Part shown: positions 1-9,672 of the stretch, in pieces | How positions within the stretch are numbered: the stretch's first letter is position 1 | Layout: each line of letters begins with the position of its first letter | IMG/VR virus record: IMGVR_UViG_3300002026_000006 | Coordinates: 1-64,000 of that record | Source of the DNA: a virus | Lineage: Duplodnaviria; Caudoviricetes | DNA: 64,000 nt | Direction: 5' to 3' (one strand) | The notes under the pieces: model-generated | Database searches by the model: none | The model's input: only the letters and a program-made list of their open reading frames with translations | Told to the model about the DNA's origin: nothing | Program-made: the position numbers and the translations under genes

Positions 1-126
1 ATAAATGTGAGAACTCTGACTGGAAAACCGGTAAAGAAATTGTTGATCCTAGTAAGCCTGAGTGTGGATACTTAACAAAAACAAGCAAAACGCCCATTGG
101 ATTTAAAAATGCTAAGGATGGAGTAG

Positions 127-146
127 CATGATATAATTCAGGCTTA
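127..146 (+). promoter_or_regulatory. early sigma70-type promoter (extended -10 TGnTATAAT followed by TCAGGCTT)
   Basis: catgatataattcaggctt upstream of RBS aagga and ATG 173; the motif recurs upstream of many early ORFs. Confidence 0.7.
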
Positions 147-172
147 GGTTGTTGAACATCAAGGAACATAAA

Positions 173-538
173 ATGGCAAAAGAAACAAAACTCATGCGTG
201 AACATCGTCAAGCAGAAGAACAACTTGCTCGGGTTGAAGCAGAACAAACCAATTATTTGCCACGGGTAATGCTTGCTCTTGAAGCAGCAACGAAGTTGGG
301 ATTTTCTCTTGAAGTTAAAGATGGTAAGTTCGTTGTGAACAATCACACTGGTTGGTCTAGAAACCCTTTAAAACTTTCTGTAAAACATTCAGAAGATGAT
401 CAGGATACTCTTGAAAGTCTTGAATGGGATGTGGATTGCTTTGCTAAAGAAGAAGCAGAAGCTGAACGTAAATTCGCGGTGAAGCAAGCAGCACTCGCTA
501 AACTGTCTAAAGAAGAACGTGACCTTTTGGGAGTTTGA
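173..538 (+). CDS. hypothetical early protein
   Basis: ORF with RBS aagga before ATG 173. Confidence 0.75.
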   Translation: MAKETKLMREHRQAEEQLARVEAEQTNYLPRVMLALEAATKLGFSLEVKDGKFVVNNHTGWSRNPLKLSVKHSEDDQDTLESLEWDVDCFAKEEAEAERKFAVKQAALAKLSKEERDLLGV

Positions 539-674
539 ATGAATTATGACGTAATGGATTTGGATAAAGAGTATTGGGTCGCAATGATGTCTGCTTTTTT
601 CAGATATGGCTTTAATGTCGATCATGTCTTTGTAGAGTCCAAAGATTTTTGTAAAATGTACTGTGGGGGTTGAA

Positions 675-935
675 ATGCAAACTTTACTTGAAAAAATCAA
701 GGAATTTAAATATGAAATTTCTCAACGCGAGGAAGCAATTAAAGTTTATAAACGTGGGCTAATCTTCCTTGAAGAACAACGTGCTTATTGTGAACATGAG
801 TGGAATGCGCCATTAAAAGGGTTTGAGAATGAAGGTTGTTCGTGCAAACTTTGTGGTATTAATGATCAATACGCCCCAGTATTTAAAAAATTCGTCCAAA
901 ATAAAAATAAAGATGCTATAATTGCGCCATATTAA
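675..935 (+). CDS. hypothetical protein with C-terminal Cys/His zinc-ribbon-like motif
   Basis: CEHEW...CSCKLCG. Confidence 0.65.
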   Translation: MQTLLEKIKEFKYEISQREEAIKVYKRGLIFLEEQRAYCEHEWNAPLKGFENEGCSCKLCGINDQYAPVFKKFVQNKNKDAIIAPY

Positions 936-954
936 AAAACAAAGAAAGTAAAAA

Positions 955-1209
955 ATGAAACCTATCAGCTTTGATGAATTTATAAAACAAAATATTGACA
1001 ATGACTCTCTGCGATTTACCTTGATTACTCAATTTGAAGAAATGGTCAAGGTCGGTCATATTGGTACTTGTGAATTGAGGACACTAGCCAGACAATATAT
1101 TGATAATCTCGGTGTTTCTGGAGTAGGGGTTGTTGGGGTAATGAAAGAAATTGCTTTCGAGTGTTATAAGTATTTCGCTAAACGTTATTTGAATCTAAGG
1201 AGCCTTTGA
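955..1209 (+). CDS. hypothetical protein
   Basis: ORF in tightly packed + strand operon. Confidence 0.65.
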   Translation: MKPISFDEFIKQNIDNDSLRFTLITQFEEMVKVGHIGTCELRTLARQYIDNLGVSGVGVVGVMKEIAFECYKYFAKRYLNLRSL

Positions 1210-1210
1210 A

Positions 1211-1570
1211 ATGAAAAAAGTTTGTATAAACGTGCAATACGGTGGGTTCGGGTTGTCAGATGAAGCAACTGAACTTTATCTGACAAAAACTGGTCATGTT
1301 CCATTCTATAAACATGTCGAGTCTTATGGCGCAAATTACGCATTTGCGCCATTTGTTGACGGTAAATCTGAGCAAGGGCTGTACTTCTCGGAGTGGGATA
1401 TCGAACGCGATGACACTTCATTGATTGAAGTTGTTGAAGAACTTGGTGATAAAGCCAATGGCAAGTACGCAACACTGAAAATTGTTGAAATTCCAGATGA
1501 TGTTAAATGGAAAATTACTGAATATGATGGTTACGAAGCTGTTCAGGAATGCTCACGGTCTTGGGGTTAA
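1211..1570 (+). CDS. conserved phage hypothetical protein (INxxYGGFGLS family)
   Basis: CINVQYGGFGLS...ERDD..LIEVVEELG..ANG...LKIVEIPDD pattern seen in many phages. Confidence 0.75.
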   Translation: MKKVCINVQYGGFGLSDEATELYLTKTGHVPFYKHVESYGANYAFAPFVDGKSEQGLYFSEWDIERDDTSLIEVVEELGDKANGKYATLKIVEIPDDVKWKITEYDGYEAVQECSRSWG

Positions 1571-1572
1571 AA

Positions 1573-1896
1573 ATGGAAAAAATTGTAATTAAAGGGTTTG
1601 GTGTGTACTTGGCCGCTTCTCAGCCTTGGGCATTGGTGGCACTATTTTCAAATCGTCAATCCGCAGAGCAATTAGCAAGGACTGATCCAGAATTTAAAAT
1701 TAAAGAATATCATAATGAGATTGAAATTTTTGATTCTCTTCATGACTATGGTAACAGACGAGCAAGAAAGAAAATCACTGATAAGTTGACTGATTTTGAA
1801 TTGCAATTTCTTGGGGTGACTCGTGATATTGATGTTGAGGATAAAACTGACGACAGACGCCAACTGAGAAATATAAATTTCTATTATTCTTATTGA
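1573..1896 (+). CDS. hypothetical protein
   Basis: ORF coupled to upstream stop. Confidence 0.6.
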   Translation: MEKIVIKGFGVYLAASQPWALVALFSNRQSAEQLARTDPEFKIKEYHNEIEIFDSLHDYGNRRARKKITDKLTDFELQFLGVTRDIDVEDKTDDRRQLRNINFYYSY

Positions 1897-2344
1897 AATA
1901 ATGGAACCGAAATTCACGTTGCCGTTCGATATTTACAAATTGGTTGAGCCAAAGTCTATCCAAGATCATCAAGACCTCATCCTTGAAGCTTTAAAAGAAC
2001 TCAAAGATGCCCTTGAGTTGTTAGATCAATTCTACGGAAAAGAGCAATGAAAAAATACATAATGCCAATCATTCTTTTTTGCCTTATCTTAGTGTCTGCT
2101 ATTATTTCAGCCTCGGTTTGGTCTGAATGCCGAATGACCAATTCTTTTCTTTATTGTATGCGAGTAATGTCAAAATGAATTCAACAATGTCTTCTCAATT
2201 ATATGCAGGTTATCGTCAAGCAGATTGCGAGTGGTTGGCCTATATAGGCTGCCCAATGCTGTATGATGGTGGTCTGTGCGTCAATCGTGAGCCTCAAGAG
2301 GTTGCATATCACAATAGGCGTAAATATTATTCTTGGTTGGAATC

Positions 2345-2572
2345 ATGATTAAACCAGCTAAGGGAACAACCGGATGCCTAATCCCATCGATGGACGGTAG
2401 GTTTTATTTTAGAGTCTACTCCGAAATTGGTAAATTTGTTGATTATGAAATTCATCACAGCGACCTTTTGGTTACAATTTGTGACGAAGATTCTGCTTTC
2501 TACTCTGGTGATTTTGATTCGGCAGTCTTAGATCATTCTCCAGACACTCTAGGAATTAAAAATGAAAGCTAG
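2345..2572 (+). CDS. hypothetical protein
   Basis: ORF in packed operon. Confidence 0.6.
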   Translation: MIKPAKGTTGCLIPSMDGRFYFRVYSEIGKFVDYEIHHSDLLVTICDEDSAFYSGDFDSAVLDHSPDTLGIKNES

Positions 2573-2837
2573 ACCTACAGATGAAATGATGGTTTTGAAA
2601 GTAATTCAGTGGTATAATGAAGATGCTACTGATATTGAAAAGATTGCGTTCAAAAGTTCTTATCCAAATGAATTGCATCAATATCATCACTCAATCGGGC
2701 AGAATATTCGCAACACATTTTCTTTATGGGAATACGAATGGGCACCTCAGATTTATGATGGTGTTGATCATTCTCCAGAACATCCAGATGCTATTTCAAT
2801 GCGAGTTATTCAAAAAGTGTGGGAATGGGTACAATGA
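2562..2837 (+). CDS. conserved phage hypothetical protein
   Basis: HHSIGQNIRNTFSLW...HPDAISMRVI motif; RBS agga. Confidence 0.7.
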   Translation: MKARPTDEMMVLKVIQWYNEDATDIEKIAFKSSYPNELHQYHHSIGQNIRNTFSLWEYEWAPQIYDGVDHSPEHPDAISMRVIQKVWEWVQ

Positions 2838-3079
2838 ATCAAGATGAATTTGGATTTGCTTTATTTTTGGTAGCAATGCTAATAATTTTTATTGTTAGCC
2901 TAATATCAATCTATATAAGTGGATATACTAAAAAGGATAAATTTAAATTAGATGATTTAATCCCTGAGTATACTTACTACAAAATTCCAGAGAGAACAAC
3001 TTATTTTACGTCTACTACGGCCACTAATTATAGAAAACGTAAATTTAGTTTAAGAAACATGAAGGGTAAGTTATTTTGA
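2834..3079 (+). CDS. small membrane protein
   Basis: N-terminal hydrophobic helix FGFALFLVAMLIIFIVSLISIYI. Confidence 0.6.
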   Translation: MNQDEFGFALFLVAMLIIFIVSLISIYISGYTKKDKFKLDDLIPEYTYYKIPERTTYFTSTTATNYRKRKFSLRNMKGKLF

Positions 3080-3354
3080 AAACCATTGATGAAATTATGG
3101 AGATTGTCAGAGATTATGGCATTACATGCATAGAATACGCTGACGGATTATCTAGCGCAGAAGAACTAAAAAATTCAAGGTCGGCACTAAAAACTGCTAT
3201 TGAGGAACTGATGGTAGATATCAAAGAAGCCTGCGTAGAAATTGTAAAGGCTGATATTTACCCAGGAACACAACAAAAACCACTTACCGCATACCAAATT
3301 CAGTATAATGATGGTATAATTCGTACATTAGAAAAAATTAGGAACATAAAATGA
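3076..3354 (+). CDS. hypothetical protein
   Basis: TTG start overlapping upstream stop. Confidence 0.6.
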   Translation: MKTIDEIMEIVRDYGITCIEYADGLSSAEELKNSRSALKTAIEELMVDIKEACVEIVKADIYPGTQQKPLTAYQIQYNDGIIRTLEKIRNIK

Positions 3355-3578
3355 CCGAAGCAGAAATTGTAGGATTCGCAAAACTGGCTGGCTGTAAATA
3401 CATCTACGGTGAAAACGGAAATTATGCAATGACCGCTTTTGATATGGTCAGATTTGCCAAATACATCACTGATAAATGTGCTATGGTGTTGCAAGAAAAT
3501 GCAAACATGTGTACAGAAGACATGCTGATGCAGAAGGTATTGTTAGTCAACGCAGAAGCAATTCGGAGAATGGTGTGA
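3351..3578 (+). CDS. hypothetical protein
   Basis: coupled ORF. Confidence 0.6.
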   Translation: MTEAEIVGFAKLAGCKYIYGENGNYAMTAFDMVRFAKYITDKCAMVLQENANMCTEDMLMQKVLLVNAEAIRRMV

Positions 3579-3982
3579 CCGAAGATATAGTTCAACTTTT
3601 ACTTAAACGTGCAGAAATTCGTCGCCAAATTCCAACGAGAAAATCTGTTGCGGAAAACAAACCAGATCGTATTTCTGATTTGCTTGAAGCTGCTGCTTCT
3701 GAGATTCTTAGACTACGTGTTGAGTTGAAATCTATTCAGAATAAAATCACAATAGATAGCTTAGAATATGATTATTGGGAACCTATCAATAAAGAATTTT
3801 GGGACGCTATTTTAAAAAAATGCAAAGGCTTAACTCCTATTGACTCTGGGGTCGGAACTCATTGCTGGGATGCTACATACCAAGTAGGAAACCGAATGTA
3901 CAATATTTTGTACGAGAATGGGCAAAGTTGGCCGATTGATATTACTGCAAAGGACATTGGAAATAATGATTCTAAATCTTAA
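3575..3982 (+). CDS. hypothetical protein
   Basis: GTG start with GGAG RBS; KRAEIRRQIPTRKSV...DRISDLLE motif. Confidence 0.65.
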   Translation: MTEDIVQLLLKRAEIRRQIPTRKSVAENKPDRISDLLEAAASEILRLRVELKSIQNKITIDSLEYDYWEPINKEFWDAILKKCKGLTPIDSGVGTHCWDATYQVGNRMYNILYENGQSWPIDITAKDIGNNDSKS

Positions 3983-4532
3983 AAATAAATCTCATACCTA
4001 TGAGGCATTGAAATTTGAATGTTCTGCAGAAGGCGTTGAATCGCTAAGAGCATTTTGTCCTCATTTTGTATATTTTAGTAAGGTTCGTCATCCAGTTGCA
4101 TCTGGTATTGCTACTCTGAGATATTATCTTATTGACCCAAGTAATAAATTTGGGTGTATTACTACTAACCTAAGAGAAGGTATGTATTTGGTAAAAGTCG
4201 ATGGTAAATTTGTCATAGATAATATGTTTACTATCTTGATTGAGGATGAAATTAAGGAACTTGAAAACGTGGAAGACCAAGATATTATTATTTCTGCTGA
4301 AACCGCGGCTGAAAAGACCCATAAAGCATTATCGATCTGGACAGAAAAGGCTAGAACTGATTTAAAATTGATCATGGAAAAGATTTCAGAGGCTGCAGAT
4401 AGTGGTAGAAAATCAGTTAATATTGATATTACTACATCATATTTTGTTATCAACAAACTCAAATCTTTAGGGTATTCTGTGACGTACATAGACAACAAAC
4501 GCACTCCATGTACATTGGAAATTTATTGGTAA
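3966..4532 (+). CDS. hypothetical protein
   Basis: long ORF in operon. Confidence 0.65.
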   Translation: MILNLKNKSHTYEALKFECSAEGVESLRAFCPHFVYFSKVRHPVASGIATLRYYLIDPSNKFGCITTNLREGMYLVKVDGKFVIDNMFTILIEDEIKELENVEDQDIIISAETAAEKTHKALSIWTEKARTDLKLIMEKISEAADSGRKSVNIDITTSYFVINKLKSLGYSVTYIDNKRTPCTLEIYW

Positions 4533-4535
4533 ACT

Positions 4536-5345
4536 ATGGCTAATGTTCAGTTAGTATCAGACACACACTTAGAATGTGGCGGCATCAAAGAATTAATTAA
4601 TTCTTGGGTCGTCACGTCTGATACTTTGCTTATGGCAGGGGATATTGTTCCTGTCATTATGATAAAGAAAAGAACTACACAAAGTAAGTTAATAAAAGAA
4701 TTCTTTGAATTTGTTTCAAAGAATTATAAGAATGTATTTTGGGTATGTGGGAACCATGAATTCTGGGGCAATTATATCGAGCATACTAGCAAAAATGCTC
4801 AAGATAGAATGAAAGATTTGAAACTGAATAATATTCACGTTTTAAATAATACTACATTTAAGACTCCAGAGTTTGTTATTTTCGGTGCTACTCTTTGGGC
4901 TTCAATCAATAAAAGAAATCCAATGGATATGATGTTTTGCTCCAGCAGAATGAATGATTATTCTCAAATTAAAAAAGTTGATGAATGGCTAGAACATCGA
5001 TATTTACAAATTGAAGACACTGTTATGCTTCATGAAAATACGGCAGAAAAACTAAAAATATTCATTGATGCTGAATATGATGTGCCCAAGATTGTGATGA
5101 CTCACCATGCACCATCAAGATTATCTCTATCAGATTATTACAAAAATGATCAACTTTCTGCTGCATATGCGTCTGATTTATATGATATGATCTATGATTC
5201 TGATCTTAAAGTTTGGGTTCATGGTCATATTCATGAAGACGTAAATTACATGATAAACAAAACCAGAATTTGCTCAAATACTCGTGGCTACTGGGGATAC
5301 GAGTCATCTGCTTATAGCTATTCACATATTTCTATAGATTTGTAA
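4536..5345 (+). CDS. calcineurin-like metallophosphoesterase
   Basis: SDTHLE, AGDI, GNHE, THHAP, WVHGHIH motifs. Confidence 0.9.
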   Translation: MANVQLVSDTHLECGGIKELINSWVVTSDTLLMAGDIVPVIMIKKRTTQSKLIKEFFEFVSKNYKNVFWVCGNHEFWGNYIEHTSKNAQDRMKDLKLNNIHVLNNTTFKTPEFVIFGATLWASINKRNPMDMMFCSSRMNDYSQIKKVDEWLEHRYLQIEDTVMLHENTAEKLKIFIDAEYDVPKIVMTHHAPSRLSLSDYYKNDQLSAAYASDLYDMIYDSDLKVWVHGHIHEDVNYMINKTRICSNTRGYWGYESSAYSYSHISIDL

Positions 5346-5370
5346 AAATACAACACACGAAAGCCAAAAG

Positions 5371-5392
5371 CTGTGTTACAATTCAGGCTTAG
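5371..5392 (+). promoter_or_regulatory. early promoter (TGtTACAAT-TCAGGCTT)
   Basis: copy of the recurrent early promoter motif. Confidence 0.65.
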
Positions 5393-5410
5393 ACAAACGA
5401 AAGACTCAAA

Positions 5411-5578
5411 ATGTCAAAATCCTTTAAAATCGAATTGTTCTTTAAGAAAGCACCTTCATTGGAACTTGCTGTGTCTGCTGACACAAAAGAAGCTGCTGTC
5501 GCTATCGCAAAGCGTGATGCGAAACTGATGGGATGGGATACTCCTGCTTCTAAAGTTAAATGTGTTATTGTTAAATAA
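5411..5578 (+). CDS. small hypothetical protein (55 aa)
   Basis: translated by hand: MSKSFKIELFFKKAPSLELAVSADTKEAAVAIAKRDAKLMGWD...; follows promoter. Confidence 0.55.
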   Translation: MSKSFKIELFFKKAPSLELAVSADTKEAAVAIAKRDAKLMGWDTPASKVKCVIVK

Positions 5579-5590
5579 TCGGAGTTATAA

Positions 5591-5770
5591 ATGATTAAGA
5601 CCTCAAATGCCACCGACAAAGAACTCGTGTCTGCATGGAATGTTCTTATGTTTATCACAAAAACTATTTGTGATAAATCCGACCTTCCCGCTAAGATTGC
5701 TGAAGTTTCTGTAGAATTAACTAGACGTGGTATTCCCCATGTTTATGGTAAACGAACAATTTCAGTATAG
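5591..5770 (+). CDS. small hypothetical protein (59 aa)
   Basis: GGAG RBS, ATG 5591 to TAG 5770. Confidence 0.55.
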   Translation: MIKTSNATDKELVSAWNVLMFITKTICDKSDLPAKIAEVSVELTRRGIPHVYGKRTISV

Positions 5771-5778
5771 GTTATAAA

Positions 5779-6189
5779 ATGAAAACTTGGCAAGAGTGCT
5801 GTGATGAAGTTGGATACTTCACAAAATTTAACCCACCCGAGCAAAAATATTTCTGGTGGGCATATAAAGATGGCAAATCAGAAAAGTTTAATTCTGAGTC
5901 AGAAGCTAGACTTTTTTCCAAAAACTATGAAAAAGTTAAAGACGCATATTCTAAACAAGCGATTTCTGTTTATTGGTTAGATTGTAGATTATTGGAAGAA
6001 AAAGCAGTGGCACTCTGGTACGCTGCGTTACAAGAAGAATACAAAAATCTTCCTGTGTCTATATTCAATCTATGCTACAATAAAGCATACGATGATGGGC
6101 ACTCCAATGGATATGATTCTATCGCGGAAAAAATGGAAGATTTAGTTGATTTTGTTGAAGAAATTTTAAAATGTAAAGGAAATAAATGA
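5779..6189 (+). CDS. hypothetical protein
   Basis: ORF in operon. Confidence 0.7.
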   Translation: MKTWQECCDEVGYFTKFNPPEQKYFWWAYKDGKSEKFNSESEARLFSKNYEKVKDAYSKQAISVYWLDCRLLEEKAVALWYAALQEEYKNLPVSIFNLCYNKAYDDGHSNGYDSIAEKMEDLVDFVEEILKCKGNK

Positions 6190-6467
6190 ACGAAATTACA
6201 TATGATGAGCTTATTACCTCAGTTAATACCATTATAACAGAAGCGAATGTTCGCTATACTAAAGCTCTACAGGGGTACGATAAAAAGATTCAAGATCATA
6301 TTCAAGAAAATTTAAGTCGTATTATTGATCAGACAGCAGAAATTAACGAACAAAATAAAATACATGCGCGAGTCCATAATGCTTGTATTTTATACGCCGC
6401 TGGTAATATAACCACTGAGCGTTGTGTATCGAAAGTTATTGAATTTGAGCGTATTATGCAGAGTTAA
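6186..6467 (+). CDS. hypothetical protein
   Basis: coupled ORF. Confidence 0.6.
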   Translation: MNEITYDELITSVNTIITEANVRYTKALQGYDKKIQDHIQENLSRIIDQTAEINEQNKIHARVHNACILYAAGNITTERCVSKVIEFERIMQS

Positions 6468-6471
6468 TAAA

Positions 6472-6690
6472 ATGGCAAGAATTAATTATTCTGAACCGGA
6501 TTACCCAATGTTAGAATATGAGATTGGGTCTTTTAAATATTCATTCTCAGTTAAAGATTTTCCTAAAGAATCTTATGATTGGTTATGTGACTGCATCCAA
6601 GCAGACGCCACTAAGATATATCGTCTAGCGTACCTTGAGGGTAAGATGGACGTACAACGAGGTATTACGCATTTGCTCGGGCTATCATGA
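6472..6690 (+). CDS. hypothetical protein
   Basis: ATG 6472 chosen over upstream GTG. Confidence 0.6.
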   Translation: MARINYSEPDYPMLEYEIGSFKYSFSVKDFPKESYDWLCDCIQADATKIYRLAYLEGKMDVQRGITHLLGLS

Positions 6691-6869
6691 CAGAAAATGA
6701 ATATAAGAAGGTTTTATTTGAACTTGGTATTATCACAGATGATGAAGACTGGAAATTGTTTATGGAACAAGAGAAACGATTTGATCCAGTTGACGATGAA
6801 GAAAATGAACTATGGATGGAATATCTAACAGGAGTAAATCATGGCGCCAGAAAAACAAATCGAATTTAA
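6687..6869 (+). CDS. small acidic hypothetical protein
   Basis: coupled ORF. Confidence 0.55.
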   Translation: MTENEYKKVLFELGIITDDEDWKLFMEQEKRFDPVDDEENELWMEYLTGVNHGARKTNRI

Positions 6870-7094
6870 CAAAGAGATCACAGAGGTCACAATGAAATAT
6901 ATTGACCGCATCGGCGATTACTGTGATGTTGATCCAGCAGAAAAGATTTGTGATGAGTTTTACAAATCTTTTTCAGAAGTTTTCAATAAATATTATCCTA
7001 GCTATAAATACGTCGAATAAGTTATTGTCTTCTAACTGGAAAAGATTATTGCTTAATTCGTTTGGTCAAAGGTGTCGCTAAACTGCAATAGAAT

Positions 7095-7304
7095 GTGAGT
7101 TCGATTCTCACCGATAACACAAGGAACATTATGTCATTTTTTTATGGATTTTCGTTAATGCTAATTACGCTAAAATTGGCTAATGTCATCGAGGCTTCTT
7201 GGTGGATTGTGCTGATTCCGCTTTATCCGATTACCTTAGTTTGGATAATTTTAATTGTTGGTATGGTTATTTTTGGTATTAAAGTAGAAAAGACGCGAAA
7301 ATGA
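7095..7304 (+). CDS. small membrane protein (start uncertain)
   Basis: LITLKLANVIEASWWIVLIPL hydrophobic two-helix motif. Confidence 0.55.
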   Translation: MSSILTDNTRNIMSFFYGFSLMLITLKLANVIEASWWIVLIPLYPITLVWIILIVGMVIFGIKVEKTRK

Positions 7305-7489
7305 GAAAATTTATTTCTATCACAAAGAAATCTGATGGTATTTTGAGTCTAAATCGATATGTTGGTAAAAACTTGGACTGTAGGGCAGAGTTAGACTACT
7401 CTCATCCTGAAGTCACGACAGAATTGATCAAAGAAATAATCGAGAAATTTAGAGTTTTAGGTGCTCCATCGGAGGATCAAAGAGCATGA
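7301..7489 (+). CDS. hypothetical protein
   Basis: coupled ORF. Confidence 0.5.
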   Translation: MRKFISITKKSDGILSLNRYVGKNLDCRAELDYSHPEVTTELIKEIIEKFRVLGAPSEDQRA

Positions 7490-7757
7490 TGACATTTATT
7501 TTCGGAATGATTTTCGGATTTGTTGTTGGTCTTATTTTCACGACAATTTTTCTTCATAAGACTGGTGTATGCAGATGGTAATGTACCTTGCTTATCTTGA
7601 TGTTGAGACAAAAGACGGAATAAAAAATTTTGCCATCTGTGGTAAAGATTCAGAAGAAATTTATCAGAAAGCTTTGAAGTACGGCAAAGACCCTATATTT
7701 ACAGCCGGTATGTTTTTGATGAATAAAGATTGGTGATGTTTAAAAACAACACACCTA

Positions 7758-7797
7758 TTGTAAAGTAATTTTTGGTGTGCTATAATTCAGTCTTCAG
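7758..7797 (+). promoter_or_regulatory. early promoter TTGTAA-17-TATAAT + TCAGTCTT
   Basis: -35 at 7758-7763, -10 at 7781-7786, 17-nt spacer. Confidence 0.8.
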
Positions 7798-7814
7798 CAA
7801 ACGGAGATTGAAAA

Positions 7815-8252
7815 ATGTATGTAATGCCTGTTTCTCGCGGTGCAGTTTCCAATTTTGATTCTAAAGATTGTACAGTTCGTGCTCTTGCTAATGCAGCCAA
7901 CATTTCGTACAATGAAGCTCATGAAAAGATGCAAGAAGCTGGACGTAAGCCTCATAAAGGTGCAAATCAGCTTCAATTTGGTAAAGTTTATCTGAATTCT
8001 GGGTTTGTTTTACAGGGTGTCTATGGTACGACAATTTCAGCCAGATATGCAAAAAACAATCTTCTAAATTATGTTAGCGAAGTGCCAGCATTTAAAGGTA
8101 CTACCCTGAAGAAATTCCTTGAGAAAAATCAAATAGGGTCTTTCATTGCTATCATGCGTGGTCATGCATTCGCTATCGTTGATGGTGATCTGATCGATAA
8201 GACAGCAATCAAAGAAAACACAAGAATTTGTATTGTTTTTGAAAAAGTTTGA
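7815..8252 (+). CDS. hypothetical protein, possible papain-like (Cys-His) fold
   Basis: DCTVRALA ... GHAFAIVDG; GGAG RBS. Confidence 0.6.
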   Translation: MYVMPVSRGAVSNFDSKDCTVRALANAANISYNEAHEKMQEAGRKPHKGANQLQFGKVYLNSGFVLQGVYGTTISARYAKNNLLNYVSEVPAFKGTTLKKFLEKNQIGSFIAIMRGHAFAIVDGDLIDKTAIKENTRICIVFEKV

Positions 8253-8290
8253 AATCTCATCAAAAACTGTGCTATAATTCAGTCTTCAGC
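8249..8290 (+). promoter_or_regulatory. early promoter (TGcTATAAT-TCAGTCTTCAGCAAAC)
   Basis: near-identical to the 7781 copy including downstream cagcaaac. Confidence 0.75.
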
Positions 8291-8315
8291 AAACAGAAAC
8301 CAAAAGGTCTACATC

Positions 8316-8621
8316 ATGACAGCAGCTACCAAAAAGTTCACAATGTCTTCTCTGAAATCTTGGATTCGTAAGAATGTTGCCACTCTCCAAATTTTGGAGT
8401 CTACTCGTTTTGATGGTATGTATGATTGTGTTATGCCTTCGAAAGACCAATCTTGGAGTGATGTCGATGTGATCGACCTGACCGACAAGCGTACTCTTGG
8501 TATCTCTGGTGCTTGGTTTGTTGGTGATTCTCGTGATTATTTGTATCCAAAGACAGTGGACGACAAAATCGTTTCTGTGTTCGTGTCGAATTGCTGCGGT
8601 TCTTTTGAATTCAAAGTCTAA
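8316..8621 (+). CDS. conserved phage hypothetical protein
   Basis: FDGMYDCV...GAWFVGDSRDY...NCCGSF. Confidence 0.7.
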   Translation: MTAATKKFTMSSLKSWIRKNVATLQILESTRFDGMYDCVMPSKDQSWSDVDVIDLTDKRTLGISGAWFVGDSRDYLYPKTVDDKIVSVFVSNCCGSFEFKV

Positions 8622-8630
8622 GGATTTATC

Positions 8631-8921
8631 ATGTCTAGAAAAACATGTTCAGTTGAACACGTCAAGAACCAAGTCAACATTTCTCTGAAGAATTCGTCGG
8701 ATTCGTATTGTCCTAAAGCACAGCGTCAAGGAATGATGAATGTGCTGGAAATGATTCTTCATGAATCTGGTAATTATCGAGGGTTTCGGTATTTGCTATT
8801 ACATGAAGTGCCAGAAGCTGCGTTGCCAGGGATGGTCGTCAATGGTACTGTCGAAAACACTCCATTTGAAGTCAGGTTTGCAGAAGGTACAGTAGACAAA
8901 ACTCGGGTAGAGTATTTCTAA
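8631..8921 (+). CDS. conserved phage hypothetical protein
   Basis: RQGMMNVLEMILHESGNYRGFRYL; AGGA RBS. Confidence 0.7.
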   Translation: MSRKTCSVEHVKNQVNISLKNSSDSYCPKAQRQGMMNVLEMILHESGNYRGFRYLLLHEVPEAALPGMVVNGTVENTPFEVRFAEGTVDKTRVEYF

Positions 8922-8931
8922 ATAGTCAGTT

Positions 8932-9018
8932 GTCGGTGTGGCGGAATTGGTAGACGCCACAGACTTAAAATCTGTTGCCCGTAAGGGCGTGTCGGTTCGA
9001 TTCCGACCACCGATACCA
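8932..9018 (+). tRNA. tRNA-Leu (anticodon UAA)
   Basis: GTCGGTG/CACCGAT acceptor, D-loop GG, loop CTTAAAA, long variable arm, GGTTCGATTCC, encoded CCA; TAAATA late promoter at 8919. Confidence 0.95.
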
Positions 9019-9036
9019 TCTTAGTGTAAATTATGA

Positions 9037-9111
9037 CCCACATTCTTCTAATGGAAAAGAAATCCGCCTTCTAAGCGGTCAATATTTGTTCGATTCAAAT
9101 ATGTGGGACCA
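9037..9111 (+). tRNA. tRNA-Arg (anticodon UCU), AT-rich and slightly atypical
   Basis: CCCACAT/ATGTGGG acceptor, TTCT/AGAA D-stem, loop CTTCTAA, ATTTG-TTCGATT-CAAAT T-arm, CCA end. Confidence 0.8.
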
Positions 9112-9115
9112 TTTT

Positions 9116-9451
9116 TTATATTGTAAAATTTTTACAGTCGTTTTTAGTTCTGATTATTATCAAATTAATTAATTTTGAAACTATGTCCAATTTTTCCTTT
9201 TGTTGAATTTCAACCCAAGGAGCTTTCGGGTCTAGGTAAACATCATGATCTGGCAAATAAAAGTCTGGAAAGTAATTATGAGTTCTTCCATTTTTCTGAT
9301 ACGGTATAGGTGCTGGTCTTGTCCAATTTATATTCAAATAATCTAACCTAATTGCGGTCTCATCTTCCCAACTAGAATCAAACCCGAAAACTCTACCACG
9401 TTTATCCATGAAATGATGAGATTTCTTACATTTATATTTTAGTGTTTTCAA
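9116..9451 (-). CDS. TnsA-like PD-(D/E)XK endonuclease (free-standing)
   Basis: DSSWE...IPY...HNYFPDFYLPDHDVYLDPK. Confidence 0.7.
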   Translation of the reverse strand: MKTLKYKCKKSHHFMDKRGRVFGFDSSWEDETAIRLDYLNINWTRPAPIPYQKNGRTHNYFPDFYLPDHDVYLDPKAPWVEIQQKEKLDIVSKLINLIIIRTKNDCKNFTI

Positions 9452-9471
9452 TTTTTAACCAGGAGTAAATT

Positions 9472-9672
9472 ATGAGTTTTAAACGTGATTCAGAAACAAA
9501 TCTTTTCGTGCCAACCGCGCACTTTAAGATGCCAAAGCAAGTAAAGCGAACGCTTGCTACAATTTTGGACAAGGATTTGCGCGATCAATGGCGAAATGTG
9601 TCTGCACAATCTGTTATGCAAAGTTTTGAGGAAATTACTAAAGCTCAGAAATCCAAAAATAAAGGTTCCTAA
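9472..9672 (+). CDS. hypothetical protein
   Basis: AGGAG RBS; FKMPKQVKRTLA motif. Confidence 0.7.
   Translation: MSFKRDSETNLFVPTAHFKMPKQVKRTLATILDKDLRDQWRNVSAQSVMQSFEEITKAQKSKNKGS

Noticed and set aside
9116-9451. Tn7-like transposon suggested by TnsA-like proteins (also gp4 at 47832)
   Set aside because: No TnsB/C/D or terminal repeats; the 47832 gene is the ordinary T4 head-completion protein.
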